Below, in pieces: positions 36,801 through 50,363 of a stretch of DNA of 64,000 nucleotides (position 1 is the first letter of the stretch; every line of letters starts with the position of its first letter). Where the stretch lies: assembly GCA_036172245.1 (NCBI GenBank), contig JAYWIR010000005.1, forward strand, positions 310,001 to 374,000, given 5' to 3'. Source of the stretch: Raillietiella orientalis (Eukaryota). Below the pieces are notes generated by a model, which worked only from the letters and a program-made list of their open reading frames with translations, made no database searches and was not told the origin of the DNA. The position numbers and the translations under genes were made by a program.

Positions 36801-37964
36801 TGTCAAGCGTTTTATGTACACATTTCTTAATACACACATACATATATATACATATATGAATGGTTTCTTTGTTTTAATAAAATGCAGCAGCTTTCATGAT
36901 TTGTAAGTTGGAATTGTTTGGCGGGAGAACCGATCCCCTCTTCTCACCCTGCCCGCCGCTGCCAGGCCCCTTGCGAGATCGCACACACCTGGTGGCGGGA
37001 TTGAGAGGCGATTTGCCCGGGAACACGCAAGCTGCCCGAGCGGGCACGCTAGCCGGGACCCACAAGGCGCGCGCGTTCGAAGGACTCCGTCCCCCTCTCC
37101 TTTATCCGCCCCCCAACCCCACCCCACCCCAAAAGAAACGGATATTCTCGGTTTCCTGTGCCTCTGCCCCACGATTGCTAGGGGTGGAAGGCACGCCATT
37201 TGCAGACCGTGCATTGGCGTGGTTTCGTTGCCTCCTCCCCGCTGGCGCGCTGCGAGGCCTACTTCCTTCCACCTCCACCCCCTCGTCTCGTTTTGCGAGA
37301 GGAACTTTTCGGCTGTCCATTCATGCCGCCGAGCAAAAAGGGGTCTGGAGTCCGCGTGGCTTCGTGGTGGCAAGGCGAGGGTCCAGACTTTCCTCCGGCT
37401 GTGCGCTTTCAGTAGTACCACCCAGAGCAGGGGAAGTCTGCAAGCCGCGCACAACGCAAAGCACTGCAAGCAGAGGGTTGACGTCTTTTCCAGGTCAGCT
37501 CGCCAACATCCTCCCTCCCCGGAAGGAGAAAAAGCCCTCTTCCCAGCGATGAGGCCTTCCGGTGACGGGGGAGGAGATGCTCGCTGCCTGGAGCTCGCTT
37601 TCGGAAGCCTTCCCCACCTCGCCCCTGCCGCCCTCTCGTAGCAAGCGTGCGAACCAACCGAGGGTCCCCGATAAAATGATAGAAGAGGGCGCTTCCTCCA
37701 AACTCTGGTTGAAAAAAGCGGACGGTAAGCATCCTGGCATGACCTGGTTTCAAAAGTTTGCCTCCTAAGACTTTTTTTTTTTTTTTTTGTCGACTTTTCT
37801 TCATCCAGGAAGGACACACCAGCCCTGTGTGCTTTCCCAACTGCCTTCCCCTCTGCACCCTCTGGTTCGCTTGGGGCTTTTGTGGAGAGCGAAGACTCAA
37901 GTCATCTAGAAATGCGTTCTGAACCGTTCACCGGACGCAAGCGACATCGAAGAGCTGATTCTGC

Positions 37965-38560
37965 GGGGAATTCACCATAAAGATCAACGGCCCAGCATCA
38001 TCCGATGTTCGAGCGGGAAGAGAGGAGTCCGACAGGGAGACCCTCAGAAACCCCATGCTCTTCGTTCTGTACATGGACGCGGTGTCATCCTACGTGGGGA
38101 GGGAGAGTTTCACCTCAACCTGGAAAGAAAGAAAACCAACCGCATGGCCTGCGCGGACGAGCGGCTCTTCGTCTTGGCGGGAGAGCAGGACCAAAGGCGT
38201 TTCTGGTCATCGCCGAAGCCATGGAAACCGGACTGGGGCTAGGGTTTCATGACCGAAAATCACACCTCATCACGGTAGGCATCCCAAACGCCATGCTCCT
38301 GCAATGCCGCGGATTCGGGATAGAGGACGAAGCAACATACCTGGGAGTCCACATTGGAGACACCAAAACATCGCCGGCACTCCCATGGAAGAGCTGCAAA
38401 AGAAACACTGGACTACCAAGGGGCGAACTTTTTCCTGGAGAAGAAGGCCCACCTACGGAACGCGGCGCCCGCACTACAGTTCCTGTTCGGGACGGCCTTC
38501 TTCCACATGCCGGAGAAGGTAACCAAACAAACTGGTCAACGTCCAACGACAGATGACATG
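37965..38560 (+). pseudogene. Decayed LINE RT fragment
   Basis: GVRQGD, MLFVLYMDA, METGLGL, TYLGVHIGD parallel 4335-4850. Confidence 0.8.
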
Positions 38561-39119
38561 AAACGGAACGAATGCTGAGGGTCGCGCCGGATGCGCCAGG
38601 AGGAAGGCACAGGCATACGTGTGATGACGCAGTGCCACTCAACTCCATGACCTGCGGCAGACACTTCAGTGCCCCGTACGAACGACCGAGAGTGTTCCAC
38701 CGAGCCTACGCTAGGGACGACCTGACTCTTGCTCTGCCCGGACCAACAGGCCAGTGGCATCCGATATACCCCCACGTGGAGGAGGAAGCAGCGATTGGCA
38801 AAAACTGAAAAACCAAAAGAGTGTCCCCGGAATGGCCACGGTCCTTCCACAGTTTATCAGCGTGCCTTCGGCCACACAAAGCTGTCTCGAGAGCAGGAAG
38901 AAACTGTCCTTCGCAGGACGCGAGCGATTCGCCACCCGCGGAAGGCGGGTGTTGGTTCGACACCCGGTCACGCTGGGGCGTTTATTATAGAAAATAATAA
39001 ACATATGGGTGTACGGACATCGGTCCTACATTGTCCGAAAATGCTCGGAAGCTGTCGAGTAACCGGCATGAAGGCCGTCGAGGTTGGTCTCGGCAGCGGA
39101 GGGGGGAGGAGCAAACAAC

Positions 39120-40140
39120 GATAAAAATAAAATAAAAACCAAAAAAAAACAAAAACTCTAGGGATCACGGGAAGGGATCGCTGTCCGCTGGACGCTGTGC
39201 ATCCTTTCCAGAATGCAGGCAAGTTCTATCCGAGTATGTCCCATGTGGAGCCGTCTAGAGCAGTGCCGCGGCTAGGGAGGTCCTTTCTGCCCACGCACGT
39301 GTGAGGGGATGCTGCTTGATGACGTCCTGCAGAGAGCGGTTGCTGTAGAAGAAGTGCAGCAGTCGCTGCCGCATCTCCATGCTCGCTTCGTTGTTCTTGA
39401 CCCACGTGCTGACGGTTTCCTGCAACCAGACACTACCGTTCGCGGGCCAACAGAAGATCCAGTTGTTGGTCCTGGTCAGCTTGACCACTCGGCGAAGCTC
39501 CAGTCCGCAGCTGGACACGTCGCGTCTGCGCCTCCCTGCCAGGAATGAAGACAGCCCCGCGTAGTCAGTGTCTTGCTTGACCAGGTACTGTGCAAAAAGC
39601 TTTGCCACTAGGGCAAGTGTCCTCCACTGGAGCTGCCACTCCACATGCTCAAGCATCAGGAGGCCAAGGCCTCCGTCGCAGCGCAAAGCGCACAGGTCCT
39701 TCAGGCGGACTCGGGGCCTCCCGATGACCCACAGGGCGATTCTCAGGTCTTTCGTCCGCCTTTATTGCTACTCGGTGGGGGGTCAAACAAAAAGCAGGGA
39801 TCGGAAGAGGGGTGCCACGGACGCGTTGCACACCACGGTCCGTTCCGGCAAGAGAAACTCGCCATCCTGGAACGGGCCGATTGCTTTCATCCTAAGAACC
39901 GGTGGTGCCGCCTCTTTGCGCCTGAACACCTCGGTGTTCTCTTTGAACTGGAGGCACGAGGTGGGGCAGTTTCGCCGCTGGGATTTCCCATGGACTCAGA
40001 GCCGGACACTCGGTTCCCGGTTGCAAACTCGAGCATTGCAGCCGCACCTACTTTCGGACGGCAGTGCGCTCCAGGAACAGCGAAGGAAGCTGGTTCCAGC
40101 ACTCCTGCACTGGGACACCTCCGAGGATCTGTTGAGGCGA
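39120..40140 (-). mobile_element. Decayed LINE ORF2 C-terminal fragment with start of 3'UTR
   Basis: DGGLGLLMLEHVEWQLQWRTL parallels 11500-11570; GATCCCTTCCC followed by a T-rich 3'UTR. Confidence 0.78.
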
Positions 40141-40299
40141 TTCTTCGCTTCAGGCGGCACGCGCAGTGACGCGCAGTGAGATCTGTTGCATCCGCGGCGC
40201 CGCCACGGTCCGCCGTGTGCTGGGGTCTCGGGATTAGCGAAGGGGGGAGGGGTCGCCCGCATGGCAGCCGCTTACGTGAGGGACGACTGCTTGGCCGCC

Positions 40300-40553
40300 T
40301 CACCTGGAAGGACTCGTCAAGGCGATCGCCGGTATCATGTGCGGGTTTTGTCCGGGAAGGAAGGGGCGGTCGATACCGTGTGTGGTGCGACTCTCGCTTC
40401 CTTTTCTGTCCCTTTTCCCACCCGCTCCCGACTTCTTCGGCAACTGGCCTGCGTGCTCGGTGGACTTCTTTTTGTTTTCGTTTGGGAACTTCGGTCTCGA
40501 TGACTCGTGTTTATTTTTTTCCTTTTAAACTAACGCCCTGGCGCGACCGGGTG
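40300..40553 (+). mobile_element. Decayed 3' end resembling the ORF1-only element
   Basis: CTGCGT-loop hairpin (loop 40449-40454) and CCTGG-cgcga-CCGGGTG terminus; similar to 17830-17975. Confidence 0.6.
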
Positions 40554-41579
40554 AAGACGAGGACGCTGATCGAGTCCATCTCCTGATAGCATTCTTGCTG
40601 AATGCGTCGTACGAACCGGCGAAGCTGCAGAGGTCCTCCAGATTGTCGGTGACGATGACGCTGGTCCGAAAGAGCGCAAAGAAGTCTTTGGGGATGGCTT
40701 GCCGGAAAGCGAGCGGCCCATGGCGTCCGCATGAATCGCCCTTCCTCCGCGACCGAAACTGCCTCCCACGCGCATGCGAAAGTGCAGCTTGAAACTCGTG
40801 GACCGCGGAGGAGAGTCTCAGCGGTGAGAACCGCTCCTTCCCGAACCTGAAACTTGCCGAGGCGGAAGGGTTCGAATTTCCATTTCGACCAAGCGAAAGC
40901 CGCTGCAGTGTCCGGTTCCAGCGGAGTCCCAGAAACTTCATCGGGATTGCCGGGGGCGGCGACAAGGAAGTGGATACTCTCTCCGGGAGCACTAGGGCGC
41001 TTGGCAGGAGAACGAGTGCTCCTGGCGGAAGGACACCTTGTCACAACCTTGGAACCCTCATTGGAGGCTCCATGAGAGCGAAACAACTGGAAGCAAACAT
41101 GCGAGTCTGATAGCTGCCCTCGAGAAAAGAAAAACAGGGTTTGCGACATGATTCAGTGATTTCCTCGGTGTTTCCCCTCTGTGGACACTCGCGGGGCTGT
41201 CGAATGGGGCTGATTCCCCCCCCCCCTTTTCAAAGCTGGCCAGGAGAAACAAGAGAAAGGAGGAAAAGTTGGCCCGCGTCGGTGGACACGGTGTCTCCTC
41301 CGCAAGCGGCACCTAGCGTCATGTGTCCCAACACCCCACGAGGATCGACGCCGAGTTGGATGCGTCGCGGGTTTCGAATCCCCCCGCGAGATGACGCTGG
41401 GATGGATTCAGACTTCGGCTGTGCATCGGCAGGCTGCGCTCGGGTCGGCTGGGAAATAGGGAGTGGACCCTTCGAGGTCAGCCCTTCTTGCAGGGCGCCT
41501 CAAAGCCTTGTGAGCCTTTGTGTGGCGGTGTAGTCGAGTCGTCCCGAAATCCCCATATGGGGTGGAGCAACGCTTTTCA

Positions 41580-43075
41580 GCGAACCACTAGCTGAAACGG
41601 AGGAGACGCCAGGCAAACTTTCGTGTCTCGCCTTGAACTCACTAGGAAACGACAACTCATCTTGTGACCCACCATCAGGCCAGGCGGCGCGTCAGCTTCC
41701 CGGCGCAGCAACGCCCAACATTCCTCCGGAAGGGCCTCTTCGGCACCCGGCCTGAGGGGCCAGGGATGCCCCCTCGTGGTGGGGGCAGCCAGCTGTCCAG
41801 AGCGGGAGCGTTCGCAGAAGATCGGTATCGGTTCTCCCGATGAGAGCATCATGAAGGTCCAATCCTTCTTGTGAGCGGGATTCCGCCGCCCCCCGCTAAG
41901 TTCAGAAGCAACGACCGCCTACGAGGTGTCCGATCGTTCCACCGAACATGCAAGCCGCAGCGACAGGACTCCACCAGCTTCCGCCGTTCCGGAAAGCCAG
42001 ATTTTTCTTCCCCTTCGCCGCGGGACGGACTGCATTCGTGCCCCCTCTCGAACCCGCGTTCTCGAATCGCTCCGCAGTGGCAGGCGAGCGGCCCCACCTC
42101 ACCGCCAGGGCGGATCGAAGAGCGACTTCGAGAGGTTCGCCGCCTGCGCGCTGCGCCAGCGAGCAGCTGAAGCGCCAAGTATTCTCCGGCCTCGTCGCCA
42201 GCGCCGTGTTGGTCTCGTTTCCCACTCGGCGGGCGTTCAGTTGCTAGCAAAATAAACTTGCAGATGGGAAAACCGGTTTCCAAGGAAAACAAATAGAAGA
42301 CCGTGGGGAAGTTCGCCGACACGCATGCCAGTTAGAGCGGGTAGGAAGGGAACAATAAATAAATAAATAAAGGGGGGGGGGGCAGAGACAGGGTTTTTTT
42401 TTTTGGTGTCTCTCCTTCCTTCTTGGTACCGGCGCAGGATGGAGAAGATCGCACTGGCGACTCCCTTCTGCAAATGGGTTCTTTCCGTTGCAACCTCCAT
42501 CAAGGCGGCTGGCTGCGAGGAGGGCGACTTCCCATCGCTGCGAGAGTAGTTCTGGAGTCGGCCAGACCGCCGGAATGGCGCGCGTCCAGCTCCACTTCGC
42601 GATCGCCACGGCGCCGAAGACGGTTTTCCGCCACGGCTCTCCCCGGTGGTCCAGCAGGAGGAGTAGTTCGGGAATGGTGGTCCCCCCCTTCCCTCTCCCC
42701 AGGAAACGAGATGATGGCGGGCGCCCTGTGCACGGAAGCCCCGAAGAAGGAGGAGCTCCACCTGGTGTTTCCGCTCCAGAAACAGCACCCACGCGTCCCC
42801 GCAAAGGCAGGTATCACACTCGCTGTTCTTCGGAGGACGCTCTCGAAAGCTCTCTCCCCGCCGAGGCGGTCCGTTGGTCCAGCAACGTGGAGTGGCGCTA
42901 TGAAGCCTCGAAGTTCGGTGGCTCCTTGTGATGGCGCAGGAGAACTCTCACCCATCAGGCCGGGAGGCGCGTCAGCTTCCCGGGCGCAGCGACGCCCAAA
43001 ATTGCTCCGCAAGGGCCTCCCCTTCTCTTGGGCACGCGGTCTGAGAGGCCGGAGATGCCACCCCGTGAAGCTGGA
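41580..43075 (-). repeat. Two decayed related fragments, probable LINE ORF2 remnants
   Basis: 41670-41780 and 42950-43068 are clearly homologous (CCATCAGGCC.GG.GGCGCGTCAGCTTCCCGG). Confidence 0.5.
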
Positions 43076-43080
43076 GGAGA

Positions 43081-43590
43081 GTTTTCTTTTTTTCGGTTCG
43101 CTAAGTACCTCAGAGCCGGTCGCGTGCCTCGCGGCGCACGTGGCTCTTTTTAAACAGTAAACACACTGTTTTGTTTCCACGCCTCTCCACCCGCGGCAAC
43201 CCGCAGGGGGGCGTGTAATTCTTCAGTGTAATTCTTCAGGATAGGGGACACCCGGGATGGGGTCCGCCCTATGAATCCAGGAAGGGCTCGGAGTCCGTTC
43301 CTCTCACGCTTGGGGAGGGATCCTCCCCGGACAAGGGGGATCGCACCTCCCACCTTGGTTGTCTCCGAAGGGGAACCGCGAAGGGAATCTCCTTCCTCAT
43401 TCTCTCCGGAGGGACACCCCCCATTAGGGGGGTGGTCCTCTCCATTTCAACTTCTCCGAAGGAAACCTGGAAAGGATCCGCTTGTAGGAATTTCTTCTCC
43501 GGAGGGAATTCGCAAGGGAACCGCTCCTGCTCACTCCTCTGAAGAGAACCATGAAGGGACGCTTCGGAAACTCAGAAGGGGCGCTGCAGT
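43081..43590 (-). repeat. Copy of the unclassified repeat at 19230-19598
   Basis: Shared CGCTAAGTACCTCA..GCCGGTCGCGTGCCTCGCGGCGCACGTGGCTCTTT and downstream blocks. Confidence 0.8.
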
Positions 43591-46500
43591 TTCCCGCAGG
43601 GAATCGCTCTCGCTTGCTTCCTTCTGCACTCTGTGAAGAGCGACGACTCGGAGGGTCCCCCGCGCAACAGGGGGGGTCCGCTCCTTTGAACAACTGGAGA
43701 GGTGCCCGTGAGGGCTCCTGCTCCATCTTGAAACCGGAGGGGTTCCCCGGTGAGGGGGGTCCGCTCTCCGTTGTACGACCGGAGGGGGAACTCCCTACTC
43801 CTTTATTCCTGGGAAGACCCGAAGGTCATTTTCCATTGTTCCGACCTTCATCGGGGACCTATGGCTTAATCCACCGCCGGTGCCACGCCCGAATGATTAG
43901 GCCAACCAGTGCCATTGCAGGAGAAACTCGGAACCCGACGACGCAGTGGCGTCAGAGTTTCTGCCGAAGTATTCGAACCCGCGACGCTTGGTGCCACACG
44001 CGGAAGCCTTAACCACAAGGCCTCCGACGCGGACTCCGGGCCGGTCTTTACGGTGGCAGGCACGAGGTCATCTTGCCGCATGTGTGCGGCCGCCATCCAT
44101 CTGCAGTCACTTCGAGTGCGTGGAGCTCCAGTTCCAGGTGCTCCCGCGCCCCTCGGGGTCATTTTGGTCCGAGGGACACTCCTGCTCCTTCGGGTGTGAC
44201 CCTCCGGTTCAAAATGACGGAGAGCTCCTGACCCTGCAGGAGGAATTCGCTGCCACCCTCTCCCAGGTTCCCAGAGGCGTTCCCGGGCATCAGGTCGGCA
44301 CGGCGCCCGCAGGGGCGGCGGCGGCTCCACGCCGCAGAGTCGACAGGAGTTGACAGACAGCCACCCTGACCCGGGGTACGAAAATGGGAGGTGGGTGGAA
44401 GCGGCGGCGCCGCCGGAGATCCCAAAGGGAAGGGGCCAGCGGTCCGACTGAGGCTGGCCAGCCCGCGGAGCGCCGTCTCCCCGCCCTTGCACCGCGGGAG
44501 ACGTGTGGAGGTGGTCGTGCGCCCCGACTCCCGGTCCCCCACCCCTCTATTCGTCGCTCCCGTTCGCTCCGCTGTTCCCTGTGGCCAAATTCCGGCCCGG
44601 TCCGGAAACTCTCCGGGACCTCGAGCGAGGCACTACATTTTCCGAAGGCATTTCCTTCCCGTTCGCTTGCGTTGGTCGATGTCCTCGGCAATCCAGCCGC
44701 CGCCTAGCAACGCCTCGAAGGGTTGGGCGTTCAGTTGTGCCGGATGCTTGCCGGCCTCCCTTCGCTTCAGAAGCTCGCGGAATGTGGAGGGGAAGGTGGA
44801 GAACCCTCTTCCGCGCGCCCCTGAAGTTGTCGCCGAAGAACACGACCTGCACGACGACTTCCTTTTCGAGGAGGATAACGAGACGGCGACGGCTACTGCA
44901 TGAAAGAGAGGAAACTGCCAGCACTCTGCGCAGCCCGCGGGCGAACACCATCCAACATCCTTCGCTGGCCTCCCACCCACATGAAAAATCACGGCCTTTT
45001 TTTTTTTGACTTGGTACTCCCGAGGCGGTCCTCATTGCCGAGTCAGCTGACTCCTTCCCAGCACTATCTGCCCAACCCCGGTAGCAGACAGCCACCCCTT
45101 GTACATTCCTTCTTTATTTTCTCTCTCTTTTTTTGCTCTAATTTTAATCTGCCCTGGCGTGACCGCGTGCCACGGGGGTCGAGGGAGCCGACCAATGCGG
45201 TCCGCGTCTTTGGTGTGACAGGCAGCAGAAGGCGTTGGAAGATGCAACAGGAGGCCCAGCGAATCTCCATGGAGCCGCCTTCTCGAGGGGACGTCCGGAT
45301 CGCTTGTGAGACTTCCAGTTCTTCGGCATGAGGTCCGCAGCGTCGGGCACTTCCTTGGACGCGCGCGCAGAAGCCCTGGGTGTGGTCTCTTGGGTCGCAA
45401 GCTGTGGGTCCTCCCCTAGCGGCGATGGGCGAACGAGTGCCCCAGGACACCGAGGTCGGCTGCGACGCGGGCAGGGGGGGACTCCCATGGACTCGGCTCC
45501 TCCGCCCAAGGCGAGGTCGCGCCCAGACCCTTCCCTGCGCACTCGCCGGCCCCGAGGATGGACGCCGAGAAGGGCAGAAACGGTTCTGCCCCGGCGGCGG
45601 TCCAGCATGGGTGGACCTGCCCTAGAGAAGCTGCCCCTCTCCAGGGTCGCTTCGCCCCTGCCCAAGGTTTGTGGATACTCCTGCCGGATACCTCCGACTT
45701 CGACCCTGCGTGGTCTTCCACGCCACCGAGTGGACTCTCCGGTGGTCTTCCACGCCGGAGGCTCCCTCCGCCGCTTACCGGCCGGTCCGTTCTGAAGGGG
45801 TCGAATGCAGGGAGCGTGAGGGGGCGGTCGCTTTTCCGTCCCGGGAGCGTCTGCGCGGGAGACGTCGGACGCCGCGTGCCGCTCTCGGGGCGGCCCTCCG
45901 GGGGCTCCGTGCGAGCCACTGTCACCTCCGTTCAAGAGGCGCGACTGACGGAGCTTTCGGGTCCGCCGCCGGTTGCGCGCGCGCCACCACGGCGTGGCTC
46001 GCCTCGCGTCTGAGCAGCAAGGCCCGTCCGGAGACGCAACAGCAGCGAGGCCCTCGCTCCCAGACCTCGGGCTTCCCGACTTGCGCGCGCACGACCCGCA
46101 CGACTCTCTCCCGCCGCGCTGGGGAAAGGGGGCACCCAGGAAGTCGCCCGCCTTTTTCGAGGGACGCGTGCGCCGTGCGGCAGCAACCGCTCCCCGAAGT
46201 CCTAAGGGAGGGGCGTCGGTAGGCGCGGCGGATGGCGGCAACTCACGCCGCGCCGCGGACGGGGGCAGACGACGGCCGGTCAACCATCCCAGTAGAGCCC
46301 TATACAGCAGCATGAAATTCGGCTGATGGGCACACGATGTCGGCGACTGGCTATGGCGACCCTCCTCCCCTTCCCTTGAGGATGGAAGAGGACCGGTCCA
46401 CTGGCGCATCCCCGCGCGAAGGGCACCACCGACGTATCAACCCCTGGCGCTGCAGAGGCACGCCCGAAGACGGGTTGGGGACGCGGCCCGCTAAAACGGG

Positions 46501-48403
46501 GAGGCGCTCGTCCTGCGCCGAGATGAGAGGCAGGAGGAAAAATGGAGGCGCGGAAGACTCGCTGCGCCCACTTCAAAGCTCGCCGGGCGAGGTCACGACG
46601 GATCCTGGGCAACCAGCGGGAGAAGACCGAGAAAGGCCGAGTCGCCTGCTGGTGACCTGACGTTCCTCGCAGGAGGATGGCCTGAGGGGAAACTGCGCGC
46701 CCGCGCCCTCCGCATGCGCTGGAGGGCGCGGGCGAATCCGCAAGCTGGGACGATCCTTCCTCGAAGACCTCACCACGCCGCGTCGGGACAGGAGGCCCGC
46801 CTACGCGAGAGGGGCAGCCGTCGCAGGATACATCGGAGAATTTGCAGGGAGACCGGGGAGGGGCGTGTGGAACGAAGTCGCTCATCCGTGATCCGCGCCG
46901 GCATTCTCTGCCCCGCAGTGGGTCGCGCGCGCGAGGGGGCTCCTGGATAGAGGATGGGTGCTCTCTTCAGCGTTCCGGAGCGAGAGAGACCGGCCGTCTC
47001 CCGACTGGCGCAGCCTGGCCTCGCCCCAGGCGGGCAACGAGCGCGAGGCTTTCCTTCTCGGCAGCGGCATGTGGGCGGGCAGCTGGACCCCGGCGAGGCA
47101 CCCGCGATGACGTGGTGTGTCTTGGCCCTGAGTGCGCCCAGCTCCAGGCAGAAGGAGTTCCAGGGCCTCGGGGCAGACGACCACGCGTTGGTGGTATAGA
47201 GTGACCACCCAGGGGATCCTCTCCAAGAAAGGCACACTCTCCGAGTGTGAGAGTGAGGGAGCTTCAAGGCCACCCACCCGCGTGCGCGAATCCAGTCGCC
47301 AGGGCTGGCTCGCTTTCCGAAAAAAAAAAAACGCGCCGGAAGCCGCGGTGCGGATGCAGCTCATTGGCCCTACCGTATTCGTGCGCTCCGACTGGAAGCG
47401 AGAAGCCGTGGGGCAAATGAAAAGTCCGTCGATGGTGTGCCGTTGATGCGCGCTCCGCAGGCGTCCTCAGGTGCAGAGGTCACCTTTTCTTTCAAAGGAC
47501 TGCTGGTGAGCCAAACCCAAGTGTTATTCTTATGACTGGTGGAAAGAAAAGGCGATGCACCTGACGGTCTTGGGTTCACGTGACTCCTGCCACCCACCCA
47601 TCCCGACCAAAGCGAGAGACCACACGACGTGAGGGAGAAAAGACGCAAATGATGCCTCAACGGGGCGGTCCGCTAAAGATGCTGTTGAAAGCCTAACTCC
47701 GAAATGATGAGCAAGAAAGGCACGCAGCTCCGAATACCAACTTCGTCCACTTCGAGGACTCCCGAAGAAGGCTTCAGACACCTAAAGCTAGGACTGAGCA
47801 CTCGACGGTCTCGCCATGCAGACGGCACTTTTCCCAAAGAATCCTTCGTTGCTGAATCCCGGCCGCACGCGAGACGAAGTTTCGAGCCACAACTTGAGGG
47901 CACCAAGGCGCCTGCCGGTAAGGACAGGCGCAACCTTCATGCATACTGCATGAAATCCCACGACTACAGTGAAGCCCTTGTAACACGATTTTCGAACGAG
48001 CTGATGAAGAGTGCTTCACGTCCATACACAAAACACAAATAACGCAGGCAGGACAACTTTATGAAGGCACCAGCACAAACTTTAACATACAAAAGGAACT
48101 CGTCCCTGAATGTGTCTGAAACACAACAAAACCTGTAGAAAATACTTTTTATACACAAAAACTAAAAATAACGGTGTTCTTTGCTTGGGCTCAAAGTTGA
48201 GCAGGGCACAGGCTTCAGCTATGTACAAGTGAAAATTCCTTTCACACAGAATGGGAACATGAACTTCCATCTGTTCATATGACTATCATGACTGGTACCC
48301 TGGCTTTTCCTTGGAAGCTTCCGCAACACTTTGGTTAGTTGCTTGGTACCAGTTCGTACTTACAGCATGCTTAGAATAATCAGCAGTGCAAGTTGTTGAT
48401 TCA

Positions 48404-50363
48404 TTATCTGCAACGCAGTGATTGGTGTGCCAACAGCAAGGAGCTCACCTGCACAAGGTTGCATCAATCTGAACAAGTGGTGGAAGTGCGAGTTTCAGCT
48501 TATTTCGGTATTCTGGATCACAGCTTATAGGGTTATTTTCCAGATACACTGTCTTTAAACCTTTGGCATTAGCTAGTTTGTCTACATCATTCCAGTTGGA
48601 AACCTTGTTACCATTGAACTACATAAGAAAGAAGGGCCACATGAGGAGGGGACAAAAAAGGAAGGAGAGAGAGAAAAAGGTAACCAAAGTAATACAGAAA
48701 GGATGCACAATGACAGGTCTCACCCAAAATTCTTCCAAATTAATCAAATGCTCCACATTCTCAATGGCTGGTATAAGGTTGTCAGCTATGTCTAATGTTT
48801 GTAGCTTCAATGTACCACCCAGGTTTTCAATTTTCTTAATTCCATTATGAGACAAATAAAGCTGGGTCAGATTTTCAAGATTTTCAAGATTCGATATTTG
48901 CGTGATTCGGTTGCTCTATGAATGAAAAACACAAAACTTTCAATTTTCTTCTGGCATAAGAACTAGGGAAATGCACAATAAAAGTAAATGCTTTCTGTAA
49001 ATTTACTCTGCATAACATTCATCTCCAAATGAAATTCTACGACGATTCTGTAATGCTACATCACTGACTGAAGGATTCACTATTCCTTACCCATAACAAA
49101 TGCAATTAATTCACTTTGAAATGCAAAAACATGTATTTATTTACCTGAAGGCTCAGAATTTCCAACTGTTTCAAACTGTCCAAATTCTGCAGTTTTGTGA
49201 TTTTGTTCTTCCCCAGGTACAGTGCTTTCAAATTAACCAAACCATCTAAGTTTTCAATCACCTTCACATGAAAATTTGCATAAAAACTTGACCTCCTGCA
49301 ATTCTCCCATACCCTGATTTTGTTGTCACCAAGTTCAAGCAATTCCAAATTTGTCAGATGCGATACATTCTCAATTCTTGCAATTTTATTGCTGCACAGA
49401 TAAAGGCGTTTTAACTTCAATAAGTTACCGAGATTTTCTATCACAGTCACCATATTGAAAGACAAGTCTAAAATTCTTCCATATTAATTAGCATGGGAAT
49501 GCCTCTGTTAAACTTATCCTACTCCAGATTGACTAATGAATCCAAGTTTTCAATCTTCTTAATGTGATTGTCATAAAGTTCTAACTCCTGTAAGGTGACT
49601 AACATGTGTAAATTCTCAATCTTCTTTATAAAGTTCCATCGCAATCCCAAAAACCGGACTTTGGTCAGATGTTCAAAACCCTTCAATTCTTTAATCTGAT
49701 GATGATGCAATTCCACTTCCTAGAATGCACACATGCAGCAATTCATCTTTAAAGCACCCAATATGACAGAAATCCGATCAGTGTCCAGCTACTGACCACA
49801 ATCACACAAACTGAAACACAGATGCTAGGAACAATCACAAGTAAATCCATAACATTGAGACATGATTCACAGAAACAAGGAACTTACTGTAGCTTCTGAA
49901 TCTATTGAACTTAACACGTTTTCATTCTGTGTATCTGCACTTTGTTCTAAAACTATAAACTCTTGTTTAGTTTAAAAATAAAACTCATGGAAGCTGCAAA
50001 ACAAATTACTGTAGCTCAAACAAAATGTACACATATATACAGATTCTCTTCAAACAGTTTGTTTCAGACCAATTTGAGAAGTTTGAATAGATAAGCAGAC
50101 CAATTTTTATTCGAATTTAACCAGTTTTCATTTAACAAAATATTCTAATAAACTGCATTACCTTCTGATGATCCTTTCTCCTCCTCATCATCCTCTTTTG
50201 AAAATTCTGCACCTGTGATGCACATCGTTCGAAATGCTTAACATTATAATCTACCCTTACGTTTGTAGTCAGGATCAACTGACTTGTCTCCAGATACATT
50301 GAGCGAGAAAATTTTCAGACGCTTCTTGCTTTTAGTTTCAGGACAGGGATCTTCACCAGACAT
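48404..50363 (-). CDS. sds22: Protein phosphatase 1 regulatory subunit 7 (sds22), LRR protein, 351 aa. Exons 50363-50261, 50212-50162, 49946-49888, 49719-49523, 49475-49313, 49261-49145, 48915-48724, 48618-48449, 48407-48404.
   Basis: SDS22-type LRRs (LGLRWNFIKKIENL, LELYDNHIKKIENL, LDLSFN, LELGDNKIR, LYLSHNGI, LEEFW) and LRRcap TVYLENNP..YRNKLKLALP..QIDATLCR. All introns are GT-AG, phases are consistent, and exons total 1056 nt. Confidence 0.95.

Noticed and set aside
25700..47900. Many long overlapping ORFs (e.g. 34198-35664, 45144-46409, 27072-27989)
   Set aside because: Arg/Pro/Gly/Ala-rich translations on both strands crossing homopolymers; expected from stop-poor GC-rich decayed repeats; no domains recognised.
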